A stretch of DNA of 8,078 nucleotides from an uncultured archaeon (GTDB lineage: Archaea > Iainarchaeota > Iainarchaeia > Iainarchaeales > 0-14-0-20-30-16). The position numbers and the translations under genes were made by a program. Below the pieces are notes generated by a model. The model had not been told where the DNA came from. It searched no databases and worked only from the letters and a program-made list of their open reading frames with translations. Each line of letters starts with the position of its first letter. Positions within the stretch are counted from its first letter, which is position 1. Shown in pieces: positions 6,685-8,078 of this stretch. The stretch spans positions 1 through 8,078 of the forward strand of contig CAZMGA010000024.1 in NCBI GenBank assembly GCA_964565725.1, given 5' to 3'.

Positions 6685-7331
6685 AAATAATTATCTATTT
6701 CTTCATATGTTGTAGCACAACCTGCATTTTTTATAGCATATAATAATGGTTTTTTGAAATTAACATTTTTTAAATCTTCAAAATAATTATTTTTTATCAT
6801 AAAACTTACTAAATCTACACTTCTAATTACAGGTATAGAGTTTATGTGGGAATGAACTAAATTCAACATTTCTTTATTAACCATTACTTTTTCCTTATAT
6901 CTTTTTTCAATCATATTATGTAATTTGTTTGGATGTTCTATCAACCATCTTGTGGTTATTTCATCTATTACTAATATTGCTTGTTTTTCTTTTGCAGATA
7001 TTACACTTTCCAATTCACCCGCTTGTAAAATTTCAATATTTCCATGAACAGTATAAAAAATTTTATTGCTTTTTATTTCCAAATTATTTACTAAGTTTTT
7101 ATTTATAGGAATAATTTCAATAACCCCTTTTTTTATTAAACTTTCATATTGTACAGCAGTCCAACTAAATTTAGATACTTTGTTTTTTATAGCTATGGTT
7201 TCATCGTATACAGCATCAGTAATATAAATTTTAACAAAGGGGTTTCTTTCTTTAAATTTTTCTAAATATTTAACTAAACCTACTTCTGCCAAACTAATTA
7301 ATGCCCCAGAATCAAAAATTAAATTTCGCAT
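6678..7331 (-). CDS. PIN-like protein of the COG2405/DUF3368 type, 217 aa from ATG 7331 (the track's TTG start at 7340 is less likely)
   Basis: The N-terminus MRNLIFDSGALISLAEVGLVKYLEKF..KIYITDAVYDET and the central LQAGELESVISAKEKQAILVIDEITTRW follow the pattern I associate with this family (..sPLIaLakig.LdlL..lfg.v.iP.aVy.E.. and ..GEaEaI.LA.e..ad.lLiDd..aR..). Acidic residues sit where PIN catalytic residues are expected (D7, D43/E44, E106/E108, D123/E124). SD AAGGAG (rc of 7342-7347) is 10 nt upstream of ATG 7331 but only 1 nt from TTG 7340. Confidence 0.55.
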   Translation of the reverse strand: MRNLIFDSGALISLAEVGLVKYLEKFKERNPFVKIYITDAVYDETIAIKNKVSKFSWTAVQYESLIKKGVIEIIPINKNLVNNLEIKSNKIFYTVHGNIEILQAGELESVISAKEKQAILVIDEITTRWLIEHPNKLHNMIEKRYKEKVMVNKEMLNLVHSHINSIPVIRSVDLVSFMIKNNYFEDLKNVNFKKPLLYAIKNAGCATTYEEIDNYLR

Positions 7332-7332
7332 A

Positions 7333-7887
7333 TTAATCAAACTCCTTTGTCAACATAGCAACTTTTTGTGCAATTAAAGTTTCAAAAGATTTTAAATTAT
7401 GAGTTAGGGTATTTGTCAAATAACTTTGTAAATCATAAAGATTAACATTAAATATACTTAATATTTTTTTTTGAGATAAACCCATTTCATATAATCTAGC
7501 TGAAATTTTGACTTTTCCTTTCTTTGATATATTATTTATATAATTGAAAAGTTCTTTATTATCATTTCTAAATAAAATTTTAAATCTAGAAAACATTAAA
7601 GGCAAGTCTGAAATTTGTTTTTTTTCAATAGAATCTAAAAAATAAAGGATTTTTTGTTTTGATTTATCCCAACTTTTATTGTTTACTATATGATCTTGTG
7701 CTAAAATTTTATACAATATATAACATATCAAACTCAAATACAAAACGTTTATTTGATTTTTTGTTACGCTATATTCAACAAGTTCATTACTTTTACGTTT
7801 TAATGAAATTATATATCCTCTTTGAAGTTCTTGTTGAATTGAATCAATTGTTTTCTTATACTCATTAGGGTTATTTAAATCGGCCAT
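7333..7887 (-). CDS. Hypothetical protein, 184 aa, with a C-terminal UPF0175-like/HTH-like segment; candidate partner of the PIN-like protein
   Basis: The C-terminal ISARLYEMGLSQKKILSIFNVNLYDLQSYL resembles the UPF0175 (COG2886) signature ..LYeeGklSlgkAAel.g.s..ef...L and has HTH-like spacing. The N-terminal ~120 aa is unrecognised. The stop TAA (7333-7335) is 1 nt from the downstream ATG. There is no SD upstream of its own ATG, and a TATA-like box lies 22 nt upstream. Confidence 0.5.
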   Translation of the reverse strand: MADLNNPNEYKKTIDSIQQELQRGYIISLKRKSNELVEYSVTKNQINVLYLSLICYILYKILAQDHIVNNKSWDKSKQKILYFLDSIEKKQISDLPLMFSRFKILFRNDNKELFNYINNISKKGKVKISARLYEMGLSQKKILSIFNVNLYDLQSYLTNTLTHNLKSFETLIAQKVAMLTKEFD

Positions 7888-7909
7888 AACAAAAAAACTA
7901 CAAAGAGTT

Positions 7910-7917
7910 TTTATATT
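7910..7917 (-). promoter_or_regulatory. TATA box-like element (AATATAAA on the minus strand) for the minus-strand operon; leaderless geometry
   Basis: The minus strand reads ..TAAATAAATATAAAAACTCTTTGTAGTTTTTTTGTT-ATG. The TATAAA core ends 22 nt before the ATG at 7887, and there is no SD. Confidence 0.35.
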
Positions 7918-8006
7918 TATTTATATATTATTTAAAAAAATAGGCTATTACAAAAGTTTTTAAATGTTATGCAACAAATAATATTATATCTTAGAGATGT
8001 GTTTCT

Positions 8007-8078
8007 GCTTCGGTGGTCCAATGGTTATGATCGAACCCTGTCACGGTTCAGATCCGGGTTCAATTCCCGGCCGAGGCG
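8007..8078 (+). tRNA. tRNA-Asp, anticodon GTC, 72 nt up to discriminator G73 at the window edge
   Basis: GCTTCGG-TG-GTCC-AATGGTTA-TGAT-C-GAACC-CTGTCAC-GGTTC-AGAT-CCGGG-TTCAATT-CCCGG-CCGAGGC-G. The acceptor stem has 7 bp (one G-U), the anticodon stem 5 bp, and the T arm is perfect. The loop is C-U-GUC-A-C. The variable loop is 4 nt. The D stem is weak (3 bp plus one mismatch). G73 is typical of Asp. Whether CCA is encoded cannot be seen. Confidence 0.85.

Noticed and set aside
7332-7340. TTG start at 7340 (ORF-track model; gives MINMRNL... and an 8-nt overlap with the upstream gene)
   Set aside because: The SD AAGGAG (rc of 7342-7347) would be only 1 nt from the TTG, but it is a suitable 10 nt from the in-frame ATG at 7331. 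The ATG start gives a stop-1 nt-start junction, so I call 6678..7331.
7659-7868. 69-aa plus-strand ORF
   Set aside because: It is antisense within the 184-aa minus-strand gene, which has promoter geometry and coupling to the downstream gene. It has no independent support.
618-8078. tRNA-Ile and tRNA-Asp bracketing the window as possible boundaries of an integrated element or genomic island
   Set aside because: There is no integrase or recombinase and no visible direct repeat of either tRNA 3' end inside the window. Composition is uniform, and the interval contains core housekeeping genes (thermosome, cdc48).
1-8078. CRISPR arrays, IS elements, C/D-box sRNAs and introns or inteins
   Set aside because: No spaced direct repeats of 20 nt or longer were seen. 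There are no transposase-like ORFs or terminal inverted repeats. The intergenic spacers contain no RUGAUGA/CUGA box pairs. Both tRNAs are uninterrupted. The thermosome and Cdc48 have normal lengths and contiguous motifs.

Overview
AT-rich window (about 25-30% G+C by eye; only the tRNAs are GC-rich) that reads as an archaeal chromosome. It holds the 5' part of an archaeal/eukaryotic-type prolyl-tRNA synthetase gene (not in the ORF track), a tRNA-Ile with a TAT anticodon, a group II chaperonin (thermosome), a two-ring Cdc48/VAT AAA+ ATPase, and a tRNA-Asp(GTC) ending at the window edge. All three stop codons are used, so the genetic code looks standard. I saw no CRISPR array, transposase, integrase or long repeat. 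The most system-like feature is a tightly chained minus-strand operon (7887->4131). It runs: a 184-aa protein with a UPF0175-like HTH C-terminus, a 217-aa DUF3368/COG2405-type PIN-like protein, a 126-aa 4-TM mini-protein, then Cdc48, with junctions of 1, 4 and 8 nt. This looks like an oversized toxin-antitoxin-like pair wired to a membrane protein and an unfoldase. Other points of interest are a tRNA-Ile(UAU), which implies AUA decoding without agmatidine; a divergent Tiki/TraB-like protein with a polybasic tail beside a 76-aa orphan; and an orphan 217-aa protein apparently co-transcribed with the thermosome. TATA-like boxes sit 20-22 nt upstream of SD-less first-gene ATGs (leaderless mRNAs), while internal genes carry strong Shine-Dalgarno sites. 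All family assignments come from motif recognition by eye and need HMM or structure confirmation.
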